Below the pieces are notes generated by a model that had not been told where the DNA came from, did no database searches, and saw only the letters and a list, made by a program, of their open reading frames with translations. Made by a program: the position numbers and the translations under genes. From Candidatus Limnocylindrales bacterium (GTDB lineage: Bacteria; Moduliflexota; Moduliflexia; Moduliflexales; JAUQPW01), in assembly GCA_035559535.1 (NCBI GenBank), contig DATMBG010000058.1, positions 248,001 to 312,000 of the forward strand: a DNA stretch of 64,000 bases, written 5' to 3'. Positions 19,626-29,227 of the stretch are shown piece after piece. Each line of letters begins with the position of its first letter. Position 1 is the stretch's first letter.

Positions 19626-20459
19626 CTATTCTTTCGGATATTTATACTTAATTAGGGTTAATTCATTGCCCCGGTCATTATAGACTACTTCGTCCATGCT
19701 TAACCTCATAAACAAGATCCCACGCCCACTCATTTTAAGAAAATTTTTGGGATCAGTGGGATCCGGTACTTCTTGAACTTTAAATCCTTCTCCTTCATCT
19801 TTTATAACAATTTTAATCTTTTCGGTATCAATATCCACCTGAATTTTAACTTTTTTACTTTCATCCCCTTTATTTCCATGTTTAATCGCATTGGTAACCG
19901 CTTCATCAATGGTTACCGGTATTTTATCCCTTAGTTCCCTTTCATTATATCCCATGAGCCTGGCTTCCTGAATGATGTTATGGGAAATACCCTTAATAAA
20001 CCTGATCTGACTGGGTATCTCCATATAAAGCGTTCGCGTCATAAAAGGAATCAGCTCTTCACTCTCGAAGGATAACTCTTTAAGCCGAGAAGCCCGCCAG
20101 ACTACATCGAGGATTTCTCTGGAGTCGGGAGGTTTTCGGAGGAAGTTAGTTGCCCCAAGATTAAGCGCCCGAATCGCCGTTTCTATGGTAGTTTCACTGG
20201 TAATCACAATAATAATAATATCCCGATTAATCTCTTTGACCTTTTGGAGAAGCTCCAGGCCATCCATTTCCGGCATAACCACATCGGTGATCACGATATT
20301 AAAGGCGTTATTAAGCCGCTGACTTTCTTCTATGGCTTCTAAGGCTTCTTTGCCGTTGGAAGCCGTTTCAATCAAATAGCCCTCCTTTTTAAGCAGATCC
20401 CGCAGGTAAAACCGCATGGTTTTACTATCTTCAACCACAAGTATTCTGGGTGTTGCCAT
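19626..20459 (-). CDS. Receiver domain fused to an RsbW/SpoIIAB-type HATPase (anti-sigma/Ser kinase) domain
   Basis: ILVVEDS...ITDVVMPEMDG...FLRKP receiver; EAVTNAIKHGN, DEGEGF and SGRGI boxes. Start 20459 preferred over 20537. Confidence 0.85.
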   Translation of the reverse strand: MATPRILVVEDSKTMRFYLRDLLKKEGYLIETASNGKEALEAIEESQRLNNAFNIVITDVVMPEMDGLELLQKVKEINRDIIIIVITSETTIETAIRALNLGATNFLRKPPDSREILDVVWRASRLKELSFESEELIPFMTRTLYMEIPSQIRFIKGISHNIIQEARLMGYNERELRDKIPVTIDEAVTNAIKHGNKGDESKKVKIQVDIDTEKIKIVIKDEGEGFKVQEVPDPTDPKNFLKMSGRGILFMRLSMDEVVYNDRGNELTLIKYKYPKE

Positions 20460-20662
20460 AGAACCGAGATTATCTCCCTTTCTCCTTTTGGCTAATGGCC
20501 TGAAAAGATGGTTATAAGAATCTTTTACGATCCACAATGAATTCTCCCCAGATTAGTCTAAACTGGTAAATAAAGTCAAGTCTTTTTTGATAGCTTCCTG
20601 TTTCCCGCGAAATTTTGAACTTGACGACTAAGGTAAAAACAGATCTAATTTTTATAGTTAGA

Positions 20663-21979
20663 ATGATCCGGTTAAGGAAAAATAAAAAGGGTCCAGGTTC
20701 ATTTATTCAGCTGACTGAATACATTACCCAGGCCGACGTGTTTCTGACCCGGGAGGAAGCTCTCTTTTTAAAAGAGAACTATAAAGATTATTTATCTATT
20801 TCTCCGTCCTTCCACAAAGAAGGATGCTATGATTTAACTCCCCGACATTATGTGGGCCATCTGGTCTTACCTACCGGACGAACTTTAGTGATAGTTCCCA
20901 AATTTAGCTTATTGAACCTGTTTTATCTCCTGACTTACGCCTATGATCTGGTGGATTTCAGATCGGATTGGGTTGGATACGAGGAATCCTCGGATCTTTT
21001 GGAGGTTTTGGTAAAAATTTTTGTTGAAAGCACCGGGGATCTTATCCGAAAGGGTCTCTATAAAGCCTACCTGGCACAGGAAGAAAATCAAAAATTTATT
21101 CGAGGAAAGATTTTATTTCCGGCTCAGCTCAAAGAAAATCAATGGCGAAAAGATCGAATCTATTGCCAGTATGCAGAAGCTACCCCGGATGTTTTAGAAA
21201 ATCAAATTTTAAAGTTTACCACAGCGCTTTTGTTCCTGCCTGCTTATCACCATACCGATCTTGTTGAAAAGCTTAAGGCCAACTACAAGCATCTGAATGG
21301 AGTTTCTTGGGTTCCTGTTTGGGCGGAGGATGTATCTCGAATTGCTTACAATCGACTCAATCAACATTATAAATCTGTCCTCTCCCTGTGCGAGTTGTTT
21401 TTACAACATATCTCCATCCGGAATTATACAGGGGACATTCCCTTTTTTTCTTTTCTTCTGGATATGAATCGAGTTTTTGAACGGTTTGTTGCCGGAGCGC
21501 TGAGAGAGAAGTTGGCGGATTATCCTTCTTTAAGCTTAAGCTACCAAGAATCCAGATGGTTAGATCGGGGGGCCACGCGGAGTTTCTCACCCGACCTTAT
21601 TCTGTATGAAAAAGATGACCCAATTTTGGTTTTAGATATGAAATATAAGCGTAACAACGACCCTACGCAACGGTCTGGTAATTCTATGGAATTACCCCGG
21701 GACCCTTTCCTCTCTTTTCAAAAAGACCCGGATAGCGAAGATATCTATCAAATTCTTGTTTACTGTCAGAGTTTAGGGGTAAAAACCGGGGTTCTCCTTT
21801 ATCCCGAACCCATAGACCAAGAATTGGAAACCTGGTATGGTGTTACGGTTCAAACTTGGGGCGTAGGCCTTCAAGGGAATCCCCTCGAAGTGGAGGAACA
21901 TATTAAAAATCTTACCAGGAGGATTTTAGAGATTGTTCGCAGGAACAAAAAGGTCATTTCGGGTTCGCAGGTTTTTTGA
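20663..21979 (+). CDS. McrC-family restriction component (PD-(D/E)xK nuclease)
   Basis: YVGHLVLP, IRKGLYKAY...IRGKI, DVLENQILK, DMNRVFERFV, PDLIL...LDMKYK, DIYQILVY. Start uncertain (20615 or 20663). Confidence 0.85.
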   Translation: MIRLRKNKKGPGSFIQLTEYITQADVFLTREEALFLKENYKDYLSISPSFHKEGCYDLTPRHYVGHLVLPTGRTLVIVPKFSLLNLFYLLTYAYDLVDFRSDWVGYEESSDLLEVLVKIFVESTGDLIRKGLYKAYLAQEENQKFIRGKILFPAQLKENQWRKDRIYCQYAEATPDVLENQILKFTTALLFLPAYHHTDLVEKLKANYKHLNGVSWVPVWAEDVSRIAYNRLNQHYKSVLSLCELFLQHISIRNYTGDIPFFSFLLDMNRVFERFVAGALREKLADYPSLSLSYQESRWLDRGATRSFSPDLILYEKDDPILVLDMKYKRNNDPTQRSGNSMELPRDPFLSFQKDPDSEDIYQILVYCQSLGVKTGVLLYPEPIDQELETWYGVTVQTWGVGLQGNPLEVEEHIKNLTRRILEIVRRNKKVISGSQVF

Positions 21980-22071
21980 GAAAATTTTTGTTTGCAAGCT
22001 GGACATCCAGGATATAAATTGAGGGGTTGAAATAGGAAATAGAAGATATTTGATTTTAAAAAAGTTAGGAC

Positions 22072-22123
22072 AAAAAAGGAGTCTATCTTTATCCCTTTAA
22101 AGAGGATAGACTCCTATTTTTTT
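22072..22123 (+). terminator. Intrinsic terminator immediately upstream of the APC permease start
   Basis: 13-bp stem AGGAGTCTATCTT/AGGATAGACTCCT followed by A + T7, preceded by A6. Confidence 0.75.
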
Positions 22124-22140
22124 GAGGTAGCTGGAGATGT

Positions 22141-23865
22141 ATGGTGCTGATTAAACGCCCGAGAAATGTAAGCTCTTCCCGGGCTGCTGCGATGCTGTAT
22201 GGAGACTGGGGAACCAGTAAGGCCTACGTAACAGGAATTGCCTTTGCCCTGGCCGGTTACTCTTCTTTCTATCTTATTCTGGCCATGGCCCTTCTGACTA
22301 CCCTCGTAGGGATTAATTACATCTGGATCTGTAAATACTATCCCGATGGAGGTGGGGTTTATTCTTCGGTTAGAAATCGTTCACGTACTTTAGCAGTTAT
22401 TGGCGCCCTTCTTCTAACGGCGGATTATACCGTAACCGCTTCTCTGAGTAGCCTGGATGCTTTTCATTATTTAGAGTTCCCGCACCCGCATTGGTGGGCT
22501 ATAGGTTCCCTGGCTTTACTTGGGGTTGTGAATATTTTTGGACCACGTCATAGTGGTGGAATGGCCATATTCCTAGCGGTTCCTACTGTTCTGGTAGTTG
22601 CCGTTCTCTTGGGAGCTTCTTTATCCCATTTATCGGAAGTCCAATTAACTCCTTTGAGTGGAGGATTCCTGAATAACTGGCTTAATTTTGTGGGAATTGT
22701 TCTGGCACTCTCGGGAGTGGAAGCCATTGCCAACATGACCGGGGTGATGAAATTAGATCCGGGCAGTACCGAAGACAACCCTTCCGTCCATAAGACAGCC
22801 AGAAATGCTATTCTTCCTGTACTGATAGAGGTCACCGTATTTACCACAGCTTTAGGACTTATTATGCATGCCGTTCCCAATCTATCGGATCACACGGAAG
22901 ACATGATTCGTTTTCTAGGGGAGTATTATATCGGAGAGGGTTTTGCCAATGTGGTCAGTATTGTTTTTGGATTGCTTCTTCTGTCAGCCTGCAATACGGC
23001 TATTGTGGGAATGATCGCTGTTTTCTACATGATGTCTAGAGATGGAGAAATGCCTCAAGCTTTCAGCCGCCTCAATAAATATGGAGTTCCCTGGATTCCT
23101 CTTCTGCTGGCCACTATAATTCCCATTTTAGTTCTTCTCTTTGAAAGTGATTTAACCCACCTGGCGGCTTTATATGCCATTGGCGTTGTGGGAGCCATTA
23201 CCATCAATCTGGGAGCTACCGCCACGAATTTTCAACTCGGGTTGTCTCCCCTGGAACGGGGGGTCATGCTGGGAACTTTTGGTTTGATGGCCTTCATTGA
23301 AGCTACCATTGCCTATGAAAAGCGAAATGCCCTAATTTTTGCGGTAATTATGTTGACCACCGGGCTGGTCATCCGATATGGCGCCAAGACTTACGAGCGA
23401 AAACGGCAGATGGCTGTTTCAGAAAGGATTCCCACACCTACGCCTCATCTGGTTTCTACAAGGCCGGTAACTTCCATCCTGGTAGCGGTTCGAGGCGTTA
23501 CGGATACCTTGCGCTTTGCAATCGAAGAGGCTAAATTGCGTCAGGCTACCTTGTATGTGCTTTTTATCAGGGAAATAGCCATCAGCTTATTGCCCAGTGT
23601 TGCCAAGCTTCCAGAGGATAAAGAAGCCCAGGAAGTTTTCTCAACGGCTAAAGCCCTCAGTAATGGACTCAAAGTCATTCCGGTCTATGCAGTCAGCAAT
23701 TCCCCTGCAGAGGTTATCCTCGATGAAGCCGCTACCCTGGGTGTTGATTACTTAATCCTCGGCAGTTCTACACGGAATGCCTTAGTCAAGCTCCTTAAGG
23801 GAAACGTCATTGAAGAGGTCGCCAGACAACTTCCTGAAGAAATTAAGTTGGTTATTTACGGCTAA
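22141..23865 (+). CDS. APC-superfamily permease with C-terminal universal-stress-protein (USP)-like domain
   Basis: About 12 TMs; YPDGGGVY, LSGVEAIAN, MSRDGEMP, LYAIGVVG; C-terminal ILVAV...PAEVILD...LILGSS...LLKGNV USP pattern. Confidence 0.88.
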   Translation: MVLIKRPRNVSSSRAAAMLYGDWGTSKAYVTGIAFALAGYSSFYLILAMALLTTLVGINYIWICKYYPDGGGVYSSVRNRSRTLAVIGALLLTADYTVTASLSSLDAFHYLEFPHPHWWAIGSLALLGVVNIFGPRHSGGMAIFLAVPTVLVVAVLLGASLSHLSEVQLTPLSGGFLNNWLNFVGIVLALSGVEAIANMTGVMKLDPGSTEDNPSVHKTARNAILPVLIEVTVFTTALGLIMHAVPNLSDHTEDMIRFLGEYYIGEGFANVVSIVFGLLLLSACNTAIVGMIAVFYMMSRDGEMPQAFSRLNKYGVPWIPLLLATIIPILVLLFESDLTHLAALYAIGVVGAITINLGATATNFQLGLSPLERGVMLGTFGLMAFIEATIAYEKRNALIFAVIMLTTGLVIRYGAKTYERKRQMAVSERIPTPTPHLVSTRPVTSILVAVRGVTDTLRFAIEEAKLRQATLYVLFIREIAISLLPSVAKLPEDKEAQEVFSTAKALSNGLKVIPVYAVSNSPAEVILDEAATLGVDYLILGSSTRNALVKLLKGNVIEEVARQLPEEIKLVIYG

Positions 23866-23949
23866 TTGTAAATCCTTAAACCCTAGATCCTGAACCTTGA
23901 ACCGAGGACAACGGACAGATGTCCGTGGTTCGTGGTCCAGAGAGGATAT

Positions 23950-25119
23950 ATGCCTAAGTTTTCTGAGCGAATGAACTTACTGGGAACAGAGTCGGCTTTT
24001 GAGGTTTTGGCCAAAGCAAAAGCTCTGGAGCGCCAGGGCCGGGATATCTTACACTTTGAGATAGGAGAGCCGGATTTTGATACCCCTGAACATATTAAGG
24101 AAGCAGCCATCAAAGCTTTAAGGGAGGGTTATACCCATTACTGCCCGGCTCCTGGAATCCCTATACTTCGAGAGGCCATCGCAGAACATATCTCCAACAC
24201 CCGTAAGATTCCCGTTAGTCCAGAAGAAGTCGTGGTCACCCCTGGAGCAAAGCCGATCATGTTCTATGGCATTATGGCCTGTGTAGATCCGGGGGATGAA
24301 GTTATTTATCCCAATCCCGGATTTCCCATCTATGAATCGGTGATTAACTTCGTAGGCGCCAAACCTATTCCGGTTCCACTCCTGGAAGAGAAGGGATTTA
24401 GCTTTGATATGGAGGTCTTTGAGAAAAGTATTACGCCCAAAACCCGTATGATTATCCTGAACTCTCCCCAAAATCCCACCGGTGGAATTCTTTTGGAATC
24501 GGATTTGAAACGAATTGCAGAAATTGCCAGGGAAAAAAATATCTGGATTTTATCCGATGAAATTTACGATCAGATTTTATATACCGGTCGGTTTGTGAGT
24601 ATTACCAGCCTGGCGGACGTAAAAGACCAGACCATCTTACTAAATGGATTTTCTAAGACCTATGCCATGACAGGGTGGCGACTGGGATACGGGGTCATGC
24701 CGAAAAAGCTGGCAGAGCTTGTGACCCGATTGATTATCAATTGTAATTCCTGTACGGCCACTTTTGCTCAAATGGCGGCTTTTGAAGCCTTGAAGGGTCC
24801 TCAAGACTCGGTTGCCAGGATGGTAGCCGAATTCAAACAAAGGCGGGATCTCATCGTATCCGGGCTGAATCAGATTCCGGGCATAAGCTGTCAGGTTCCC
24901 CAAGGGGCTTTTTATGTATTTCCCAATGTGAAGAGTTTTCAAAAACCTGCCAGTCAACTGGCCGATTATCTTTTAGAGGAAGCCGGTATTGCCGTTTTAT
25001 CCGGTACCGCCTTCGGAAAGTATGGGGAAGGTTATCTACGTTTTTCCTATGCCAATTCCCAGGAGAATATTAAAAAGATGTTAAAACGTTTGGAAGAAGC
25101 CCTGGCTCGTTTCAAATAA
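23950..25119 (+). CDS. PLP-dependent class I/II aminotransferase (aspartate aminotransferase-like)
   Basis: IGEPDFDTP, TPGAK, NSPQNPTG, SDEIY, GFSKTYAMTGWRLG, GAFYVFP, LRFSYA. Confidence 0.93.
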   Translation: MPKFSERMNLLGTESAFEVLAKAKALERQGRDILHFEIGEPDFDTPEHIKEAAIKALREGYTHYCPAPGIPILREAIAEHISNTRKIPVSPEEVVVTPGAKPIMFYGIMACVDPGDEVIYPNPGFPIYESVINFVGAKPIPVPLLEEKGFSFDMEVFEKSITPKTRMIILNSPQNPTGGILLESDLKRIAEIAREKNIWILSDEIYDQILYTGRFVSITSLADVKDQTILLNGFSKTYAMTGWRLGYGVMPKKLAELVTRLIINCNSCTATFAQMAAFEALKGPQDSVARMVAEFKQRRDLIVSGLNQIPGISCQVPQGAFYVFPNVKSFQKPASQLADYLLEEAGIAVLSGTAFGKYGEGYLRFSYANSQENIKKMLKRLEEALARFK

Positions 25120-25184
25120 AAAAGGTTATTTGGTGTTTGGATAGTAAACCTCCGGACGGTATACCTTTGTGGAAAGGTTCATCC

Positions 25185-25298
25185 ACCCAAGGTCCCGAAG
25201 GAATTAAGGAATAAAGGGGCTCAACCCCTCCAGGAGATCCCTGGGATCTTAACCCAAGGTCCCGAAGGGAACGGGGTTTTTTCCTGCTTAAAGGTCCC
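25185..25298 (+). repeat. 17-bp direct repeat (two exact copies + one partial) in the aminotransferase-SDR spacer
   Basis: ACCCAAGGTCCCGAAGG at 25185-25201 and 25252-25268; AAGGTCCC at 25291-25298. Confidence 0.8.
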
Positions 25299-25328
25299 TC
25301 GTGGCCTCCGGTGGATCCATTAAAATCT

Positions 25329-26081
25329 ATGCAAGAAAAAGGAAGAGTCGCTCTCATTACAGGTGGAGGAACGGGTATTGGCCGTGCTTCAAGTTTGGCC
25401 CTGGCCCGCCAGGGGATTCAGGTAGCCATCAATTATTCTAAATCCGCTCGAGAAGCCCAAGAAACCGCTCAAGAAGCCGAGAAGATGGGTGTTTCAGCCA
25501 TGACGATTCAGGCAGATGTTTCCAAGGATGCAGAAGTTCGAGCCATGGTCAAAAAGGTTATGGATACCTGGGGACGTATCGATATGTTGATTAACTGTGC
25601 CGGATGGTCCCAGCGAACCCCCTTTAATGACCTGGAAGCCCATACCGAGGAGCTTTGGGACAGGAATCTGGCTATTAACCTCAAAGGTGTCTTCTTTTGC
25701 TCGCGGGCGGTAGCCGATATCATGAAGCGTCAGGGACAAGGTGCTATTGTCATTATAGCCTCGGTAGCCGGAATTACAGGAGTTGGAAGTTCCATTGCCT
25801 ATGCTGCTTCAAAGGCCGGGGTTATTTGCCTGACCAAATCTCTGGCTAAAATCTTAGCCCCCGAGGTTCGGGTCAATGCCATTGCCCCAGGGCTTGTAGA
25901 AACTCGATGGATTGAGGGCTGGGCCGATGCAGATGAAATACGCGATCAGACCCTTAAGACGACTCCTTTAAAAAGGATTTCAACCCCTGAAGATATCGCA
26001 GAAGCCGTCTGTTTTCTGGCAACTGACGCCCGAATGATTACCGGCCAGGTTCTGGTAATCGATGGGGGAAAAATTATGTAA
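25329..26081 (+). CDS. Short-chain dehydrogenase/reductase (FabG-like)
   Basis: TGGGTGIG, NCAG, YAASK, VRVNAIAPG, ITGQVLVIDGG. Confidence 0.92.
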   Translation: MQEKGRVALITGGGTGIGRASSLALARQGIQVAINYSKSAREAQETAQEAEKMGVSAMTIQADVSKDAEVRAMVKKVMDTWGRIDMLINCAGWSQRTPFNDLEAHTEELWDRNLAINLKGVFFCSRAVADIMKRQGQGAIVIIASVAGITGVGSSIAYAASKAGVICLTKSLAKILAPEVRVNAIAPGLVETRWIEGWADADEIRDQTLKTTPLKRISTPEDIAEAVCFLATDARMITGQVLVIDGGKIM

Positions 26082-26162
26082 GCTTTCTTGGTTTGCTCTG
26101 TTCTGCCCGGATGGATTTCAGATTCTGGTAATCCAGGACAGAAAGACTCTGTAAGGGTTGAT

Positions 26163-26229
26163 GTTCCGGGTCTGTTGTTTAGAGCCCAGGCCTTGCTAAT
26201 GTATCCCCGGCCAACAACGGACCCGGAAC
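26163..26229. terminator. Long hairpin between the convergent SDR and PepSY genes
   Basis: GTTCCGGGTCTGTTGTT / AACAACGGACCCGGAAC 17-bp stem. Confidence 0.5.
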
Positions 26230-26248
26230 TACCGAGGGCTTTTCAAAT

Positions 26249-26803
26249 TTATCTTACCATCTCATCAGGTTCTCTTCCGATCTGGTAAATTTTTTCGCTT
26301 GACTCGGTAATCTCTGCGGTAGCCGTATCGACTTCTACCTTGATCTCCTTGCCACCCTCTCCGGAGGTTCTCACATCAAATTCATAAACGGCCCTGCCAT
26401 CCGGCTTCATTTCATACTCGGTTTGCAGAATCTTACCGGGGTAGGTAGTGAGTACCACTTTCTTAGCCTCGGCATCGGTTACCTTTATCCTGGCCTTGAA
26501 AAGCGGGTCTCTTAAATTAACTTCTCGATCTTCTCCCACAATCTCACCGGTATTTGCATGGCAGGTATACTCCCATTCTGTGGTATCGTTATCTCTAATC
26601 TCGATTTCATAAGCCGGACCGTCTTTTTTAACCGTAAATTCCAACTTTTCAATGTCTCCAGCCCGCTTGGTCAGGGCTGCTCTCAGACAGGTTTCCATAC
26701 TTACTTTGGTTTCCGGCATTTTGAAATCTTTATTCATGGCCACAACAGGACCTGTAGATAAAACCATAACCCCCCCAAGCAGCATTTTTTTAAGGATTCT
26801 CAT
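26249..26803 (-). CDS. Periplasmic twin-PepSY protein, lanpepsy (LanP)-like
   Basis: Signal peptide; two PepSY repeats (KVSMETCLRAAL...YEIEI...CHANTGEIV; KVTDAEAKK...YEFDV...VEVDTATAEI); C-terminal YQIGRE; GGAGG SD. Confidence 0.8.
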   Translation of the reverse strand: MRILKKMLLGGVMVLSTGPVVAMNKDFKMPETKVSMETCLRAALTKRAGDIEKLEFTVKKDGPAYEIEIRDNDTTEWEYTCHANTGEIVGEDREVNLRDPLFKARIKVTDAEAKKVVLTTYPGKILQTEYEMKPDGRAVYEFDVRTSGEGGKEIKVEVDTATAEITESSEKIYQIGREPDEMVR

Positions 26804-26887
26804 CGGATTAACCTCCCTTCTTTGAACGCGGAGCGCAAACTCAAAGGGTTCTTTAGAACCCTTTCCGAATCCGCGCTATTAAAAAAC

Positions 26888-29227
26888 TTATTGATTTCCA
26901 TAGATTCGTTTGTACTCTTCATAATACCATAACACCCGTTGAACGTATTTCTTGGTCTCCCGATAAGGAATACCGGCAATGAACATCTCAGGGTCTTCTC
27001 CAGACTGTTGCCGCAACCAGGCCTCTACCCGATCCTCTCCAGCGTTGTAACTGGCAATGACCGGAACAATATTCCCTTTAAACCGGATTAAGAGTTCTTC
27101 CAGGTAAGAAACCCCCAAAGCAATGTTCAATTCGGCATTCAGGAGCATCTCCTCAGAAAACTGGGTAATCCCCATGTTTTGAGCCAGCCGGTTGGCGGTG
27201 CTGTAAATAAGCTGCATCAATCCAGTCGCAGCCGCAGGGGAGCGTACATCAGGATTAAATTCGCTTTCCGCCATCATAATGGAGTAAACCAGAAAAGGAT
27301 CGATCTGAGGGGTGGTATATCGCCTGACTAATTCTTCATATCCAAGTGGATAAGCCATTTTCCAGAAGTTACCGGGTACTGAGGAATCTCCTCGACGCAG
27401 CCAGTCTGAAAAATATTGTCGGGAGAATTGAACCAATTTACGGTAATTCCGGGCTTCGTAATACAGTTCAAGCAATCGGTAAATTTCAGAAGATATCCTC
27501 ATCTTATTTTCGCTCTGTAAAGCCTTTTCCAATTCCCGGGCAGCTTCCTCATAAAGGGCCAGTTTCGTAAGCTCTTGGGCTTTGAGAAGTTGTTGACGAT
27601 AGGTGGTTGAGGAGAGCTGATTGGCGGTCGGTTTTAGTTTGAGTTGCCCGGGAGAGTCTGGATTTTGAACCTTGAGATTTTGAAGCCCCGGGTGTTCTTT
27701 GAAAAGAGAGGTCAGATGGTCTAAACTTCGGATACCGTAGTAAGACCTGGGATGGGTAAGATGGGCTCTCTGGAAAAACTCTACGGCTTTTCTCCAATCT
27801 CTCAACTTTTCAGAAGCCCTCCCGGCCCAATATAAGGCTTCTTCGTAGTAATAAGAATGCGGGTATTTACGTATAAGTTCTATCAGAATATTCCGGGACT
27901 TTTGATACTCTCCAGATCGGTAGTAGATCCAGGCACTTCGCCAGAGGGCATCCTCCTGGCGAGGGCCTCGCGGGGATCTTTTTAAAAAAATTTCATAGGT
28001 ACTCAGGGCCTTCTTGAAATTCTGTTGGTTTTCTTCATAGAAGGTCCCGAGCAAATAAAGGGTATCTAAGGTCCATTTATCGTGGGGATAGGTCGTATTC
28101 AGTTTCTGATAGATTGTTAAAAATTTATCTCCATTCTCCATCCGAAGATAGATTCTGGCCATGAGATTTAGTACTCGAGGGATTTCTTTATTCTGAGTAT
28201 AACGGGTCAGGAAGTTTTCGAAGATTTTGAGGGCTTCCTCGTTTTCCCGGAGGTTATAGGCTATTTTCCCTGACAGGAGAAGGGCTTTTTCCAAAAAAGG
28301 GCTTTCAGGAAATTTTTTAATCAGCCGGTTGAGGGTCTCTTGAGCCTGGGAAAATAAATTTAAGTTGTAGAGGCGTTCCCCCTCCTGGTAGAGTTCCTGA
28401 TCATTCCATTCAGGTTCTAAAGTTGGATACTGGGCATAGATTTCTTTTTCCCGCTTATAGGCCTGGGCTGCCCAGAATGAGTAAGGATAGCTTCTCTGCA
28501 GGTTTCGGTAGGTTTCCAGGGTAATCTTAAAGCTATGCTGCTCTTCCAAAAGACGGGCCGAGTCCCAAAGGGCTTTGGGAGCCAGGGGGTGATCTGAAAA
28601 TTTTTTAGAAAATTGGATATAGGCCGCGACAGCTTCCGGGTATTTTTTTAGAAGTTCTAAAACCTTTGCAATCTGAAACCGGGCCTCCGCCTGGAGAAGA
28701 CTGGAGGGGTAGCGATCGATCAGAGTTTGATAAGCCTGGAGGGCTTCAGGATAAAGTTCTTGTTTTCGATAACTTTCTGCCAGGTAATATTGGCCGTAAT
28801 CGTTCAGGATAAAGGAAGGAATCCGGGTGATTAAAAGATTCCAGACTTCAGAAGCTTTTAAGAACCTGCCCTGCTGGAAATAGAGATACCCGGCCAGGAA
28901 GAGAAACCGGGCTTTCCAGATCGGATCTTGCAGGTGGGAAAGAGGGGTGTTTTCTGGAGAGGTCGTAGGAGATGCCTCTACGCTGTTCAAGGTGTCCTGG
29001 AGTCGAAATAGATACGGTTCCAGTTCCTGGAGAGCCTCTTGAAAGTTGCCCTTTTTATATTTGGCTATCAAACTCTGCAGGAAAGGTTCTGGTTCGGGGA
29101 ATGTGGCTTCTCCGGAGTAGGGATTCCCGGACGGATCTGTTGGGGCTGATAGGGCCGGTTCCAACCTGAATAGATTAAATAAGATAAGCAGGAAAAAAAT
29201 AAGATAGTATCGATGATATTTTTTCAT
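26888..29227 (-). CDS. Soluble lytic murein transglycosylase (Slt-like) with TPR superhelix
   Basis: TPRs followed by YPLGY, IMMAESEF, SPAAATGLMQL, ASYNAGE, IPYRETKKYVQRV. Confidence 0.9.
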   Translation of the reverse strand: MKKYHRYYLIFFLLILFNLFRLEPALSAPTDPSGNPYSGEATFPEPEPFLQSLIAKYKKGNFQEALQELEPYLFRLQDTLNSVEASPTTSPENTPLSHLQDPIWKARFLFLAGYLYFQQGRFLKASEVWNLLITRIPSFILNDYGQYYLAESYRKQELYPEALQAYQTLIDRYPSSLLQAEARFQIAKVLELLKKYPEAVAAYIQFSKKFSDHPLAPKALWDSARLLEEQHSFKITLETYRNLQRSYPYSFWAAQAYKREKEIYAQYPTLEPEWNDQELYQEGERLYNLNLFSQAQETLNRLIKKFPESPFLEKALLLSGKIAYNLRENEEALKIFENFLTRYTQNKEIPRVLNLMARIYLRMENGDKFLTIYQKLNTTYPHDKWTLDTLYLLGTFYEENQQNFKKALSTYEIFLKRSPRGPRQEDALWRSAWIYYRSGEYQKSRNILIELIRKYPHSYYYEEALYWAGRASEKLRDWRKAVEFFQRAHLTHPRSYYGIRSLDHLTSLFKEHPGLQNLKVQNPDSPGQLKLKPTANQLSSTTYRQQLLKAQELTKLALYEEAARELEKALQSENKMRISSEIYRLLELYYEARNYRKLVQFSRQYFSDWLRRGDSSVPGNFWKMAYPLGYEELVRRYTTPQIDPFLVYSIMMAESEFNPDVRSPAAATGLMQLIYSTANRLAQNMGITQFSEEMLLNAELNIALGVSYLEELLIRFKGNIVPVIASYNAGEDRVEAWLRQQSGEDPEMFIAGIPYRETKKYVQRVLWYYEEYKRIYGNQ

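Noticed and set aside
25185-25298. Mini-CRISPR array or SRP RNA
   Set aside because: Only two 17-bp copies with a 50-nt gap and no cas genes. The likeness to the SRP domain IV loop lacks the GCAG internal-loop motif and the long stem.
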